From assembly GCF_003790525.1 (NCBI RefSeq), contig NZ_CP033635.1: a DNA stretch of 64,000 bases; one strand, given 5' to 3'. Below the pieces are notes generated by a model. It ran no database searches. It was not told where the DNA came from and was given only the letters and a program-made list of their open reading frames with translations. The translations under genes were made by a program, and so were the position numbers. Source of the stretch: Escherichia coli. GTDB lineage: Bacteria > Pseudomonadota > Gammaproteobacteria > Enterobacterales > Enterobacteriaceae. Of this stretch, positions 41,542 through 55,015 are shown one piece after another; the stretch's first letter is position 1, and the number at the start of each line of letters is the position of its first letter.

Positions 41542-42144
41542 TTACCACTCCCAGACTTTCGACGGTGTAACCACCGCAGGAAGTGGGATATCCCACTCTT
41601 CAACGGGAAGTTTTTCCACCAACTGACAATCATGCGCATAACCCACCGGTTGCATTTTATAGTGCTGCCAGTTTTGTAAGGTCCGATCATAAAAACCACC
41701 GCCCATTCCCAGGCGCTGGCCGTACTCATCAAAGGCGACCAGCGGTGTGATCAACACGTCTAATCGGGAAAGGGGTAGCACGTCACGCACATCCAGTTTT
41801 GGCTCATGGATCTTCAACCTGTTCATCACCAGTTCGCTTTGCGGATGGTAATTCAGGAACAGCAAGTTACCGGCACTAAAGGGATGCAAAACTGGAAGAT
41901 ATACGCGCTTACCGGCGCGCCAGAGTTGTTCTATGAGTGGCTGGGTGTCGAGTTCGCCATCAAAAGAGAGGAATACAGCGACCGTATGTGCCATCACCAC
42001 CGGGGGATAAGTCATCATCCGGGTAGCGGCTTGTTGACCCATTTCCTGCTGTTGTTCCGGCGTTAACGCACGACGACGTTGCCGAATCATTTTGCGGATT
42101 TCTTGTCGGGATAATGTCAGTGGAAGTTCTGGTAGTTGCGTCAT
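41542..42144 (-). CDS. fau: 5-formyltetrahydrofolate cyclo-ligase
   Basis: ORF 41542..42288 contains MIRQRRRALTPEQQQEMGQQAATRMMTYPPVVMAHTVAVFLSFDGELDTQ (YgfA); start ambiguous: Met at 42144 (200 aa) or 42090 (182 aa); upstream part of ORF overlaps 6S RNA. Confidence 0.8.
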   Translation of the reverse strand: MTQLPELPLTLSRQEIRKMIRQRRRALTPEQQQEMGQQAATRMMTYPPVVMAHTVAVFLSFDGELDTQPLIEQLWRAGKRVYLPVLHPFSAGNLLFLNYHPQSELVMNRLKIHEPKLDVRDVLPLSRLDVLITPLVAFDEYGQRLGMGGGFYDRTLQNWQHYKMQPVGYAHDCQLVEKLPVEEWDIPLPAVVTPSKVWEW

Positions 42145-42162
42145 GGCTGGTGCCAGATAAGA

Positions 42163-42348
42163 AGGGAATCTCCGAGATGCCGCCGCAGGCTGTAACCCTT
42201 GAACCCTTGGTTCAAGGTGAATGTGTCGTCGCAGTTTTAAGGCTTCTCGGACGGACCGAGCATGCTCACCAACCGCGGAGCGCCACATTCTTGTGGTATG
42301 AAATATCGGCTCAGGGGACTGGCCCGCTTGCGAACATCTCAGAGAAAT
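42163..42348 (-). ncRNA. ssrS: 6S RNA
   Basis: Minus strand reads AUUUCUCUGAGAUGUUCGCAAGCGGGCCAGUCCCCUGAGCCGAUAUUUCAUACCACAAGAAUGUGGCGCUCCGCGG...GGAGAUUCCCU, matching remembered 6S RNA; directly upstream of fau. Confidence 0.9.
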
Positions 42349-42389
42349 TTTGTCTTCACGGTTACTCTACCACAGTAAACCGAAAAGTG

Positions 42390-42785
<396 letters not shown>

Positions 42786-42886
42786 CTATAGCTACCCTGA
42801 TGAGAAGAGACAAGCCCTTTTCTGGTCCACCAGGGCCCAAAGTGGTAGCATATCATGAATATTCCTCCCTTTGACGACGAATGCTT

Positions 42887-43465
42887 ATGTCTATACAGAA
42901 CGAAATGCCTGGTTACAACGAAATGAACCAGTATCTGAACCAACAAGGGACGGGTCTGACCCCTGCTGAGATGCATGGTTTAATCAGTGGGATGATATGT
43001 GGCGGTAACGATGACAGCTCATGGCTGCCGCTACTTCACGACCTGACGAACGAAGGCATGGCTTTCGGTCATGAGCTGGCACAGGCACTGCGTAAAATGC
43101 ACTCTGCCACCAGCGATGCCCTGCAGGATGACGGCTTCCTTTTTCAGCTTTATCTGCCTGATGGCGATGATGTCAGCGTTTTCGATCGGGCTGATGCGCT
43201 GGCAGGTTGGGTCAATCACTTCCTGCTTGGTCTTGGCGTTACGCAACCGAAGCTGGACAAAGTGACCGGAGAAACCGGTGAAGCCATCGACGATCTGCGT
43301 AACATCGCGCAGCTGGGCTACGACGAAGACGAAGATCAGGAAGAGCTTGAAATGTCGCTTGAAGAGATCATCGAATACGTTCGTGTTGCCGCGTTGTTAT
43401 GCCACGACACCTTTACTCATCCGCAACCGACCGCGCCAGAAGTACAAAAACCGACTCTACACTAA
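42887..43465 (+). CDS. ygfB: UPF0149 family protein YgfB
   Basis: ORF 42881..43465; [40 protein letters not shown] matches YgfB. Confidence 0.85.
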
Positions 43466-43490
43466 AAACAAAAAACGTAAGGAGAGTGTT

Positions 43491-44816
43491 ATGAGTGAGA
43501 TATCCCGGCAAGAGTTTCAGCGTCGCCGTCAGGCCCTGGTGGAGCAAATGCAACCCGGCAGCGCCGCGCTGATTTTTGCTGCACCAGAAGTAACACGTAG
43601 CGCCGACAGCGAATACCCCTATCGTCAGAACAGTGACTTCTGGTACTTCACCGGCTTTAACGAACCGGAAGCGGTGCTGGTGCTGATTAAAAGCGACGAC
43701 ACTCATAACCACAGCGTTTTGTTTAACCGCGTTCGCGACCTGACGGCAGAGATCTGGTTTGGTCGTCGCTTAGGCCAGGATGCCGCGCCAGAGAAACTGG
43801 GCGTTGACCGCGCACTGGCATTCAGTGAAATCAATCAGCAACTTTATCAACTACTTAACGGCCTGGATGTGGTTTACCATGCTCAGGGCGAATATGCATA
43901 TGCTGATGAAATCGTGAACAGCGCGCTGGAAAAGTTGCGTAAAGGCTCGCGACAGAATCTCACTGCCCCGGCTACGATGATCGACTGGCGTCCCATTGTT
44001 CATGAAATGCGCCTGTTCAAATCCCCAGAAGAGATTGCCGTACTTCGCCGCGCGGGGGAAATTACCGCCCTGGCGCATACCCGGGCGATGGAAAAATGCC
44101 GTCCGGGAATGTTCGAGTACCATCTGGAAGGCGAAATTCACCACGAATTTAACCGCCACGGTGCGCGCTATCCGTCCTATAACACCATTGTCGGCAGCGG
44201 TGAAAACGGCTGCATTCTGCACTACACCGAAAACGAGTGTGAAATGCGCGACGGTGACCTGGTGTTGATTGACGCGGGTTGTGAATACAAAGGTTACGCG
44301 GGCGATATTACCCGCACCTTCCCGGTCAACGGCAAATTCACCCAAGCCCAGCGTGAAATCTACGACATTGTGCTGGAGTCTCTTGAAACCAGCCTGCGGC
44401 TGTATCGTCCGGGAACTTCCATTCAGGAAGTCACTGGTGAAGTGGTGCGCATCATGGTTAGCGGCCTGGTAAAACTCGGCATCCTGAAAGGTGATGTTGA
44501 TGAACTGATCGCTCAGAACGCCCATCGTCCTTTCTTTATGCATGGCCTTAGCCACTGGTTAGGACTGGATGTCCATGACGTTGGCGTTTATGGCCAGGAT
44601 CGCTCGCGCATTCTGGAACCGGGCATGGTACTGACCGTAGAGCCGGGGCTGTATATTGCGCCGGATGCAGAAGTGCCAGAACAATATCGCGGTATCGGCA
44701 TTCGTATTGAAGACGACATTGTGATTACCGAAACCGGCAACGAAAACCTCACCGCCAGCGTGGTGAAAAAGCCGGAAGAAATCGAAGCGTTGATGGCTGC
44801 TGCGAGAAAGCAATGA
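43491..44816 (+). CDS. pepP: Xaa-Pro aminopeptidase (aminopeptidase P II)
   Basis: ORF 43278..44816; MSEISRQEFQRRRQALVEQMQPGSAALIFAAPEV matches PepP; SD aaggagag upstream of ATG 43491. Confidence 0.95.
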   Translation: MSEISRQEFQRRRQALVEQMQPGSAALIFAAPEVTRSADSEYPYRQNSDFWYFTGFNEPEAVLVLIKSDDTHNHSVLFNRVRDLTAEIWFGRRLGQDAAPEKLGVDRALAFSEINQQLYQLLNGLDVVYHAQGEYAYADEIVNSALEKLRKGSRQNLTAPATMIDWRPIVHEMRLFKSPEEIAVLRRAGEITALAHTRAMEKCRPGMFEYHLEGEIHHEFNRHGARYPSYNTIVGSGENGCILHYTENECEMRDGDLVLIDAGCEYKGYAGDITRTFPVNGKFTQAQREIYDIVLESLETSLRLYRPGTSIQEVTGEVVRIMVSGLVKLGILKGDVDELIAQNAHRPFFMHGLSHWLGLDVHDVGVYGQDRSRILEPGMVLTVEPGLYIAPDAEVPEQYRGIGIRIEDDIVITETGNENLTASVVKKPEEIEALMAAARKQ

Positions 44817-45991
44817 GCGTAATCATCGTCGGTGGCGGCATGGCGGGCGCGACGCTGGCGCTGGCTATTTCCCGGTTAAGTCACGGGGCGCTGCCGGTAC
44901 ATTTGATTGAAGCGACTGCGCCAGAGTCACATGCTCATCCGGGCTTTGATGGACGGGCTATTGCGCTGGCGGCGGGCACTTGTCAGCAACTGGCGCGCAT
45001 CGGCGTCTGGCAATCTCTGGCTGATTGCGCAACCGCCATCACCAGCGTGCATGTCAGCGATCGTGGTCATGCCGGATTCGTCACCCTCGCCGCAGAAGAT
45101 TACCAACTGGCGGCGCTGGGACAGGTTGTCGAATTACACAATGTCGGGCAACGGCTGTTTGCATTGCTGCGCAAAGCACCTGGTGTAACGCTGCATTGCC
45201 CTGATCGCGTGGCTAACGTTGCCCGTGCTCAGAGTCACGTTGAAGTGACGCTGGAGAGTGGCGAGACGCTGACGGGCTGCGTGCTGGTAGCCGCTGATGG
45301 CACCCATTCAGCGTTAGCCACTGTGTGCGGCGTTGACTGGCAGCAGGAGCCTTACGAACAACTGGCCGTGATTGCCAACGTTGCGACTTCCGTTGCGCAC
45401 GAAGGCCGCGCTTTTGAACGCTTCACGAAACATGGCCCGCTGGCGATGTTGCCGATGTCTGACGGACGCTGTTCGCTGGTCTGGTGTCATCCACTGGAAC
45501 GGCGCGAAGAGGTGCTGTCGTGGAGCGACGAGAAGTTTTGCCGTGAACTCCAGTCTGCCTTTGGCTGGCGACTGGGGCAAATTACCCACGCCGGTAAACG
45601 CAGTGCTTATCCGCTGGCATTAACCCGCGCCGCCAGACCGATTACCCATCGCACTGTGCTGGTGGGCAATGCGGCGCAAACTCTGCACCCCATCGCCGGG
45701 CAAGGGTTCAACCTCGGTATGCGTGATGTGATGAGCCTTGCAGAAACCCTGACTCAGGCGCAGGAGCGCGGAGAAGACATGGGTGATTACGGCGTATTGT
45801 GCCGTTATCAGCAGCGTCGACAGAGCGATCGCGAAGTAACCATCGGCGTCACGGACAGCCTTGTACATCTTTTTGCCAACCGTTGGACCCCGCTGGTTGT
45901 CGGGCGCAACATCGGGCTGATGACGATGGAATTATTTACCCCGGCACGCGATGTGCTGGCGCAGCGCACCCTCGGTTGGGTGGCGCGTTGA
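44813..45991 (+). CDS. ubiH: 2-octaprenyl-6-methoxyphenol hydroxylase (FAD monooxygenase)
   Basis: 392-aa ORF MSVIIVGGGMAGATLALAIS...; start overlaps pepP stop. Confidence 0.92.
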   Translation: MSVIIVGGGMAGATLALAISRLSHGALPVHLIEATAPESHAHPGFDGRAIALAAGTCQQLARIGVWQSLADCATAITSVHVSDRGHAGFVTLAAEDYQLAALGQVVELHNVGQRLFALLRKAPGVTLHCPDRVANVARAQSHVEVTLESGETLTGCVLVAADGTHSALATVCGVDWQQEPYEQLAVIANVATSVAHEGRAFERFTKHGPLAMLPMSDGRCSLVWCHPLERREEVLSWSDEKFCRELQSAFGWRLGQITHAGKRSAYPLALTRAARPITHRTVLVGNAAQTLHPIAGQGFNLGMRDVMSLAETLTQAQERGEDMGDYGVLCRYQQRRQSDREVTIGVTDSLVHLFANRWTPLVVGRNIGLMTMELFTPARDVLAQRTLGWVAR

Positions 45992-46013
45992 AGGCGGTTT
46001 TAAGGAATAAACA

Positions 46014-47216
46014 ATGCAAAGTGTTGATGTAGCCATTGTTGGTGGCGGCATGGTGGGGCTGGCGGTTGCCTGCGGCTTACAGGGGAGCGGCTTACGCGTT
46101 GCTGTACTGGAGCAGCGCGTACCGGAACCTCTGGCGGCGGATGCACCACCACAACTGCGCGTTTCGGCTATCAATGCCGCCAGCGAAAAATTACTCACCC
46201 GTCTTGGCGTCTGGCAGGACATTCTCTCTCGTAGGGCCAGCTGTTATCACGGTATGGAAGTGTGGGACAAAGACAGTTTTGGTCACATCTCGTTTGACGA
46301 TCAAAGCATGGGCTATAGCCATCTTGGGCATATCGTTGAAAACTCAGTGATTCACTACGCGCTGTGGAACAAAGCGCAGCAGTCGTCAGATATCACTCTG
46401 TTGGCCCCCGCAGAATTACAGCAGGTCGCCTGGGGAGAAAATGAAACCTTCCTGACGTTGAAAGATGGCAGTATGTTAACGGCGCGTCTGGTGATTGGCG
46501 CGGACGGCGCTAATTCCTGGTTGCGCAACAAAGCAGATATTCCGCTGACTTTCTGGGATTATCAGCATCACGCGCTGGTAGCGACCATTCGCACGGAAGA
46601 ACCGCATGATGCGGTGGCGCGGCAGGTTTTCCATGGCGAAGGCATTCTGGCCTTTTTACCGCTTAGCGATCCGCATCTTTGCTCGATTGTCTGGTCACTG
46701 TCGTCAGAGGAAGCGCAGCGGATGCAGCAGGCAAGTGAAGACGAATTTAATCGCGCGTTAAATATCGCTTTTGATAATCGCCTGGGCTTATGCAAGGTTG
46801 AGAGCGCGCGTCAGGTGTTCCCACTGACGGGGCGTTATGCGCGCCAGTTTGCCGCGCACCGTCTGGCGCTGGTGGGCGACGCCGCGCATACCATTCACCC
46901 GCTGGCGGGGCAGGGGGTAAATCTTGGCTTTATGGATGCTGCAGAGCTGATTGCTGAACTGAAACGGTTGCATCGTCAGGGTAAAGACATCGGGCAGTAC
47001 ATTTATCTGCGTCGCTATGAGAGTAGCCGCAAGCACAGTTCGGCGCTGATGCTGGCTGGTATGCAGGGATTCCGTGATCTGTTTTCCGGTACCAATCCGG
47101 CGAAAAAACTGCTGCGTGATATTGGTTTGAAACTGGCCGACACGCTTCCTGGCGTTAAACCACAACTCATCCGCCAGGCAATGGGATTAAACGATTTGCC
47201 TGAATGGCTGCGTTAA
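46014..47216 (+). CDS. ubiI: 2-octaprenylphenol hydroxylase (FAD monooxygenase)
   Basis: 400-aa ORF MQSVDVAIVGGGMVGLAVACGLQGSGLRVAVLEQ matches UbiI (VisC). Confidence 0.92.
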   Translation: MQSVDVAIVGGGMVGLAVACGLQGSGLRVAVLEQRVPEPLAADAPPQLRVSAINAASEKLLTRLGVWQDILSRRASCYHGMEVWDKDSFGHISFDDQSMGYSHLGHIVENSVIHYALWNKAQQSSDITLLAPAELQQVAWGENETFLTLKDGSMLTARLVIGADGANSWLRNKADIPLTFWDYQHHALVATIRTEEPHDAVARQVFHGEGILAFLPLSDPHLCSIVWSLSSEEAQRMQQASEDEFNRALNIAFDNRLGLCKVESARQVFPLTGRYARQFAAHRLALVGDAAHTIHPLAGQGVNLGFMDAAELIAELKRLHRQGKDIGQYIYLRRYESSRKHSSALMLAGMQGFRDLFSGTNPAKKLLRDIGLKLADTLPGVKPQLIRQAMGLNDLPEWLR

Positions 47217-47662
47217 AAATTTCTCTTCTGTTGTTTATTTGATACCCATCACACTTTCATCTCCCGGTTTTTTCGCCGGGAGATTTTCCTCATTTGAAAT
47301 AAACTAATTTCACCTCCGTTTTCGCATTATATTTTCTAATGCTATGATTTTTTGATTTAGTGTTTTTTGACATTTTTTTAGTTCTTAATATTGCCTTATT
47401 CAAATTAACTTTCTAATGGCATCATCTTTATATAGAAACTAGAGTGTTTTTTGGTTTTTTATTCTGTCGCGATTTTGGCGTTTTTTAACCATAAGCTAAT
47501 GTGATGATCAATTTTACCTTATGGTTAACAGTCTGTTTCGGTGGTAAGTTCAGGCAAAAGAGAACGATTGCGTTGGGGACCGGGAGTGGCTCCGATGCTG
47601 GGTTTCGTGGTGATAATTTCACCATGAAAAGTTGTCAGCCCCGCTTATTCAATGAGGACAAG

Positions 47663-48757
47663 ATGGCACAACAGACTCCTTTGTACGAACAACACACGCT
47701 TTGCGGCGCTCGCATGGTGGATTTCCACGGCTGGATGATGCCGCTGCATTACGGTTCGCAAATCGACGAACATCATGCGGTACGTACCGATGCCGGAATG
47801 TTTGATGTGTCACATATGACCATCGTCGATCTCCGCGGCAGCCGCACCCGGGAGTTTCTGCGTTATCTGCTGGCGAACGATGTGGCGAAGCTCACCAAAA
47901 GCGGCAAAGCCCTTTACTCGGGGATGTTGAATGCCTCTGGCGGTGTGATAGATGACCTCATCGTCTACTACTTTACTGAAGATTTCTTCCGCCTCGTTGT
48001 TAACTCCGCCACCCGCGAAAAAGACCTCTCCTGGATTACCCAACACGCTGAACCTTTCGGCATCGAAATTACCGTTCGTGATGACCTTTCCATGATCGCC
48101 GTACAAGGGCCGAATGCGCAGGCAAAAGCTGCCACACTGTTTAATGATGCTCAGCGTCAGGCGGTGGAAGGGATGAAACCGTTCTTTGGCGTGCAGGCGG
48201 GCGATCTGTTTATTGCCACCACTGGTTATACCGGTGAAGCGGGCTATGAAATTGCGCTGCCCAATGAAAAAGCGGCCGATTTCTGGCGTGCGCTGGTGGA
48301 AGCGGGTGTTAAGCCATGTGGCTTGGGCGCGCGTGACACGCTGCGTCTGGAAGCGGGCATGAATCTTTATGGTCAGGAGATGGACGAAACTATTTCTCCT
48401 TTAGCCGCCAACATGGGCTGGACTATCGCCTGGGAACCGGCAGATCGTGACTTTATCGGTCGTGAAGCCCTGGAAGTGCAGCGTGAGCATGGTACAGAAA
48501 AACTGGTTGGTCTGGTGATGACCGAAAAAGGCGTGCTGCGTAATGAACTGCCGGTACGCTTTACCGATGCGCAGGGCAACCAGCATGAAGGCATTATCAC
48601 CAGCGGTACTTTCTCCCCGACGCTGGGTTACAGCATTGCGCTGGCGCGCGTGCCGGAAGGTATTGGCGAAACGGCGATTGTGCAAATTCGCAACCGTGAA
48701 ATGCCGGTTAAAGTGACAAAACCTGTTTTTGTGCGTAACGGCAAAGCCGTCGCGTGA
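47663..48757 (+). CDS. gcvT: glycine cleavage system T protein (aminomethyltransferase)
   Basis: ORF 47501..48757; [41 protein letters not shown] matches GcvT. Confidence 0.95.
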
Positions 48758-48780
48758 TTTACTTTTTTGGAGATTGATTG

Positions 48781-49170
48781 ATGAGCAACGTACCAGCAGA
48801 ACTGAAATACAGCAAAGAACACGAATGGCTGCGTAAAGAAGCCGACGGCACTTACACCGTTGGTATTACCGAACATGCTCAGGAGCTGTTAGGCGATATG
48901 GTGTTTGTTGACCTGCCGGAAGTGGGCGCAACGGTTAGCGCGGGCGATGACTGCGCGGTTGCCGAATCAGTAAAAGCGGCGTCAGACATTTATGCGCCAG
49001 TAAGCGGTGAAATCGTGGCGGTAAACGACGCACTGAGCGATTCCCCGGAACTGGTGAACAGCGAACCGTATGCAGGTGGCTGGATCTTTAAAATCAAAGC
49101 CAGCGATGAAAGCGAACTGGAATCACTGCTGGATGCGACCGCATACGAAGCATTGTTAGAAGACGAGTAA
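48781..49170 (+). CDS. gcvH: glycine cleavage system H protein (lipoyl carrier)
   Basis: [34 protein letters not shown] matches GcvH. Confidence 0.95.
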
Positions 49171-49287
49171 CGGCTTTATTCCTCTTCTGCGGGAGAGGAT
49201 CAGGGTGAGGAAATTTACACCTCACCCTCACTCTCTTCGCAAGGAGAGAGGTTCACAATTCACTGCACGTTTCAGGAACCATCGCTC

Positions 49288-52161
49288 ATGACACAGACGT
49301 TAAGCCAGCTTGAAAATAGCGGCGCTTTTATTGAACGCCATATCGGACCGGACGCCGCGCAACAGCAAGAAATGCTGAATGCCGTTGGCGCACAATCGTT
49401 AAACGCGCTGACCGGCCAGATTGTACCGAAAGATATTCAGCTTGCGACCCCGCCGCAGGTTGGCGCACCGGCGACCGAATACGCCGCGCTGGCGGAACTC
49501 AAGGCTATTGCCAGTCGCAATAAACGCTTCACGTCTTACATCGGCATGGGTTACACCGCCGTGCAGTTACCGCCGGTTATCCTGCGTAACATGCTGGAAA
49601 ATCCGGGCTGGTATACCGCGTATACTCCGTATCAACCTGAAGTCTCGCAGGGCCGCCTTGAGGCACTGCTCAATTTCCAGCAGGTAACGCTGGATTTAAC
49701 CGGGCTGGATATGGCCTCTGCTTCTCTTCTTGACGAAGCCACCGCTGCCGCCGAAGCAATGGCGATGGCGAAACGCGTCAGCAAACTGAAAAATGCCAAC
49801 CGCTTCTTCGTGGCTTCCGATGTGCATCCGCAAACGCTGGATGTGGTCCGTACTCGTGCCGAAACCTTTGGTTTTGAAGTGATTGTCGATGATGCGCAAA
49901 AAGTGCTCGACCACCAGGACGTCTTCGGCGTGCTGTTACAGCAGGTTGGCACTACCGGTGAAATTCATGACTACACTGCGCTTATCAGCGAACTGAAATC
50001 ACGCAAAATTGTGGTCAGCGTCGCCGCCGATATTATGGCGCTGGTGCTGTTAACTGCGCCGGGTAAACAGGGCGCAGATATTGTCTTTGGTTCGGCGCAA
50101 CGCTTCGGCGTGCCGATGGGCTACGGTGGCCCACACGCGGCATTCTTTGCGGCGAAAGATGAATACAAACGCTCAATGCCGGGCCGTATTATCGGTGTAT
50201 CGAAAGATGCAGCTGGCAATACCGCGCTGCGCATGGCAATGCAGACTCGCGAGCAACATATTCGCCGTGAGAAAGCGAACTCCAACATTTGTACTTCCCA
50301 GGTACTGCTGGCAAACATCGCCAGCCTGTATGCCGTTTATCACGGTCCGGTTGGCCTGAAACGTATCGCTAACCGCATTCACCGTCTGACCGATATCCTG
50401 GCGGCAGGCCTGCAACAAAAAGGTCTGAAGCTGCGCCATGCGCACTATTTCGACACTCTGTGTGTGGAAGTGGCCGACAAGGCGGGCGTACTGGCGCGTG
50501 CCGAAGCGGCTGAAATCAACCTGCGTAGCGATATCCTGAACGCGGTGGGGATCACCCTTGATGAAACCACCACGCATGAAAACGTAATGCAGCTTTTCAG
50601 CGTACTACTGGGGGATAACCACGGGCTGGACATCGACACGCTGGACAAAGACGTGGCTCACGACAGCCGCTCTATCCAGCCTGCGATGCTGCGCGACGAT
50701 GAAATCCTCACCCATCCGGTGTTTAATCGCTACCACAGCGAAACCGAAATGATGCGCTATATGCACTCGCTGGAGCGTAAAGATCTGGCGCTGAATCAGG
50801 CGATGATCCCGCTGGGTTCCTGCACCATGAAACTGAACGCCGCCGCCGAGATGATCCCAATCACCTGGCCGGAATTTGCTGAACTGCACCCGTTTTGCCC
50901 GCCAGAACAGGCCGAAGGTTATCAGCAGATGATCGCGCAGCTGGCTGACTGGCTGGTGAAACTGACCGGTTACGACGCCGTTTGTATGCAGCCGAACTCC
51001 GGCGCACAGGGCGAATACGCGGGCCTGCTGGCGATTCGTCATTATCATGAAAGCCGCAACGAAGGGCATCGCGATATCTGCCTGATCCCGGCTTCTGCGC
51101 ACGGAACTAACCCCGCTTCTGCACATATGGCAGGAATGCAGGTGGTGGTTGTGGCGTGTGATAAAAATGGCAACATCGATCTGGCTGATCTGCGCGCGAA
51201 AGCGGAACAAGCGGGCGATAACCTCTCCTGTATCATGGTGACCTATCCTTCCACCCACGGCGTGTATGAAGAAACGATCCGTGAAGTGTGTGAAGTCGTG
51301 CATCAGTTCGGCGGTCAGGTTTACCTTGATGGCGCGAACATGAACGCCCAGGTCGGCATCACCTCACCGGGCTTTATTGGCGCGGACGTCTCGCACCTTA
51401 ACCTGCATAAAACTTTCTGCATTCCGCACGGTGGCGGCGGCCCTGGTATGGGACCGATCGGCGTGAAAGCGCATCTGGCACCGTTTGTGCCAGGTCATAG
51501 CGTGGTACAAATTGAAGGCATGTTAACCCGTCAGGGCGCGGTTTCTGCGGCACCGTTCGGTAGCGCATCCATTCTGCCAATCAGCTGGATGTACATCCGT
51601 ATGATGGGCGCAGAAGGGCTGAAAAAAGCAAGCCAGGTGGCAATTCTTAACGCCAACTATATTGCCAGCCGCCTGCAGGATGCTTTCCCGGTGCTGTATA
51701 CCGGTCGCGACGGTCGCGTGGCGCACGAATGTATTCTTGATATTCGTCCGCTGAAAGAAGAAACCGGCATCAGCGAACTGGATATTGCCAAGCGTCTGAT
51801 CGACTACGGTTTCCACGCGCCGACCATGTCATTCCCGGTGGCGGGTACGCTGATGGTTGAACCGACTGAATCTGAAAGCAAAGTGGAACTGGATCGCTTT
51901 ATCGACGCGATGCTGGCTATCCGCGCAGAAATTGACCAGGTGAAAGCCGGTGTCTGGCCGCTGGAAGATAACCCGCTGGTGAACGCGCCGCACATTCAGA
52001 GCGAACTGGTCGCCGAGTGGGCGCATCCGTACAGCCGTGAAGTTGCAGTATTCCCGGCAGGCGTGGCAGACAAATACTGGCCGACAGTGAAACGTCTGGA
52101 TGATGTTTACGGCGACCGTAACCTGTTCTGCTCCTGCGTACCGATTAGCGAATACCAGTAA
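49288..52161 (+). CDS. gcvP: glycine dehydrogenase (decarboxylating), P protein
   Basis: 957-aa [41 protein letters not shown] matches GcvP. Confidence 0.95.
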   Translation: MTQTLSQLENSGAFIERHIGPDAAQQQEMLNAVGAQSLNALTGQIVPKDIQLATPPQVGAPATEYAALAELKAIASRNKRFTSYIGMGYTAVQLPPVILRNMLENPGWYTAYTPYQPEVSQGRLEALLNFQQVTLDLTGLDMASASLLDEATAAAEAMAMAKRVSKLKNANRFFVASDVHPQTLDVVRTRAETFGFEVIVDDAQKVLDHQDVFGVLLQQVGTTGEIHDYTALISELKSRKIVVSVAADIMALVLLTAPGKQGADIVFGSAQRFGVPMGYGGPHAAFFAAKDEYKRSMPGRIIGVSKDAAGNTALRMAMQTREQHIRREKANSNICTSQVLLANIASLYAVYHGPVGLKRIANRIHRLTDILAAGLQQKGLKLRHAHYFDTLCVEVADKAGVLARAEAAEINLRSDILNAVGITLDETTTHENVMQLFSVLLGDNHGLDIDTLDKDVAHDSRSIQPAMLRDDEILTHPVFNRYHSETEMMRYMHSLERKDLALNQAMIPLGSCTMKLNAAAEMIPITWPEFAELHPFCPPEQAEGYQQMIAQLADWLVKLTGYDAVCMQPNSGAQGEYAGLLAIRHYHESRNEGHRDICLIPASAHGTNPASAHMAGMQVVVVACDKNGNIDLADLRAKAEQAGDNLSCIMVTYPSTHGVYEETIREVCEVVHQFGGQVYLDGANMNAQVGITSPGFIGADVSHLNLHKTFCIPHGGGGPGMGPIGVKAHLAPFVPGHSVVQIEGMLTRQGAVSAAPFGSASILPISWMYIRMMGAEGLKKASQVAILNANYIASRLQDAFPVLYTGRDGRVAHECILDIRPLKEETGISELDIAKRLIDYGFHAPTMSFPVAGTLMVEPTESESKVELDRFIDAMLAIRAEIDQVKAGVWPLEDNPLVNAPHIQSELVAEWAHPYSREVAVFPAGVADKYWPTVKRLDDVYGDRNLFCSCVPISEYQ

Positions 52162-52184
52162 TTTACTGATTCGACTATCTTCTA

Positions 52185-52206
52185 AAGGCGCTTCGGCGCC
52201 TTTTTC
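52185..52206 (+). terminator. gcvP intrinsic terminator
   Basis: ggcgc-ttcg-gcgcc (UUCG tetraloop) followed by ttttt. Confidence 0.65.
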
Positions 52207-52326
52207 GCTTGTTAATAAAGTGCGCTTTGTGTGTTTCGGCTGAGGCGTAATATAAAATATTGCGAGCTCAATATATTAAAAGAGTGCCAGGCCTGATGAG
52301 CGGAGCACATCAGGCACATCGGCTAA

Positions 52327-53787
<1,461 letters not shown>

Positions 53788-53804
53788 TTACAGGAAATAG
53801 TACC

Positions 53805-54116
53805 ATGCAGCCAAACGACATCACTTTTTTTCAACGTTTCCAGGATGACATTCTGGCTGGGCGTAAAACCATCACCATCCGCGACGAGTCTGAATCGCAC
53901 TTCAAAACGGGTGATGTGCTTCGTGTCGGACGGTTTGAAGATGACGGTTATTTTTGCACGATTGAAGTTACCGCAACCTCAACCGTAACGCTGGATACGC
54001 TGACGGAAAAACATGCAGAGCAGGAAAATATGACCCTGACTGAACTGAAAAAGGTCATTGCCGACATCTATCCCGACCAGACACAGTTTTATGTGATTGA
54101 ATTTAAATGCCTTTAA
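53805..54116 (+). CDS. yqfB: ASCH-domain protein YqfB
   Basis: 103-aa [37 protein letters not shown] matches YqfB. Confidence 0.85.
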
Positions 54117-54204
54117 ATTGAACTCACGCCTGTTAGTTGAAATTTCGCATTTAATTTCATGATTTTTCAGAGATTAATCTCAAATCTGAATTTATTTTAG
54201 CTAA

Positions 54205-54939
<735 letters not shown>

Positions 54940-54952
54940 TTGGTGTTCCTTT

Positions 54953-55009
54953 GTAGGCATGATAAGACGCGTCAGCGTCGCATCAGGCGATAAATGCCTG
55001 ATGCGATAC
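54953..55009. repeat. REP element (one full copy plus partial second copy)
   Basis: gtaggcatgataagacgcgtcagcgtcgcatcaggc followed by gataaatgcctgatgcgatac; matches E. coli REP consensus. Confidence 0.7.
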
Positions 55010-55015
55010 AGAGAT

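Noticed and set aside
41517-41732. 71-aa ORF overlapping sibC promoter region and fau 3' end
   Set aside because: Overlaps the convincingly identified fau gene in another frame; no support.
52291-52315. Hairpin gcctgatg...catcaggc between gcvP and bglA considered as a REP element
   Set aside because: Only partial similarity to REP consensus and not followed by a clear U-tract; left unassigned (possibly bglA transcript 3' structure).
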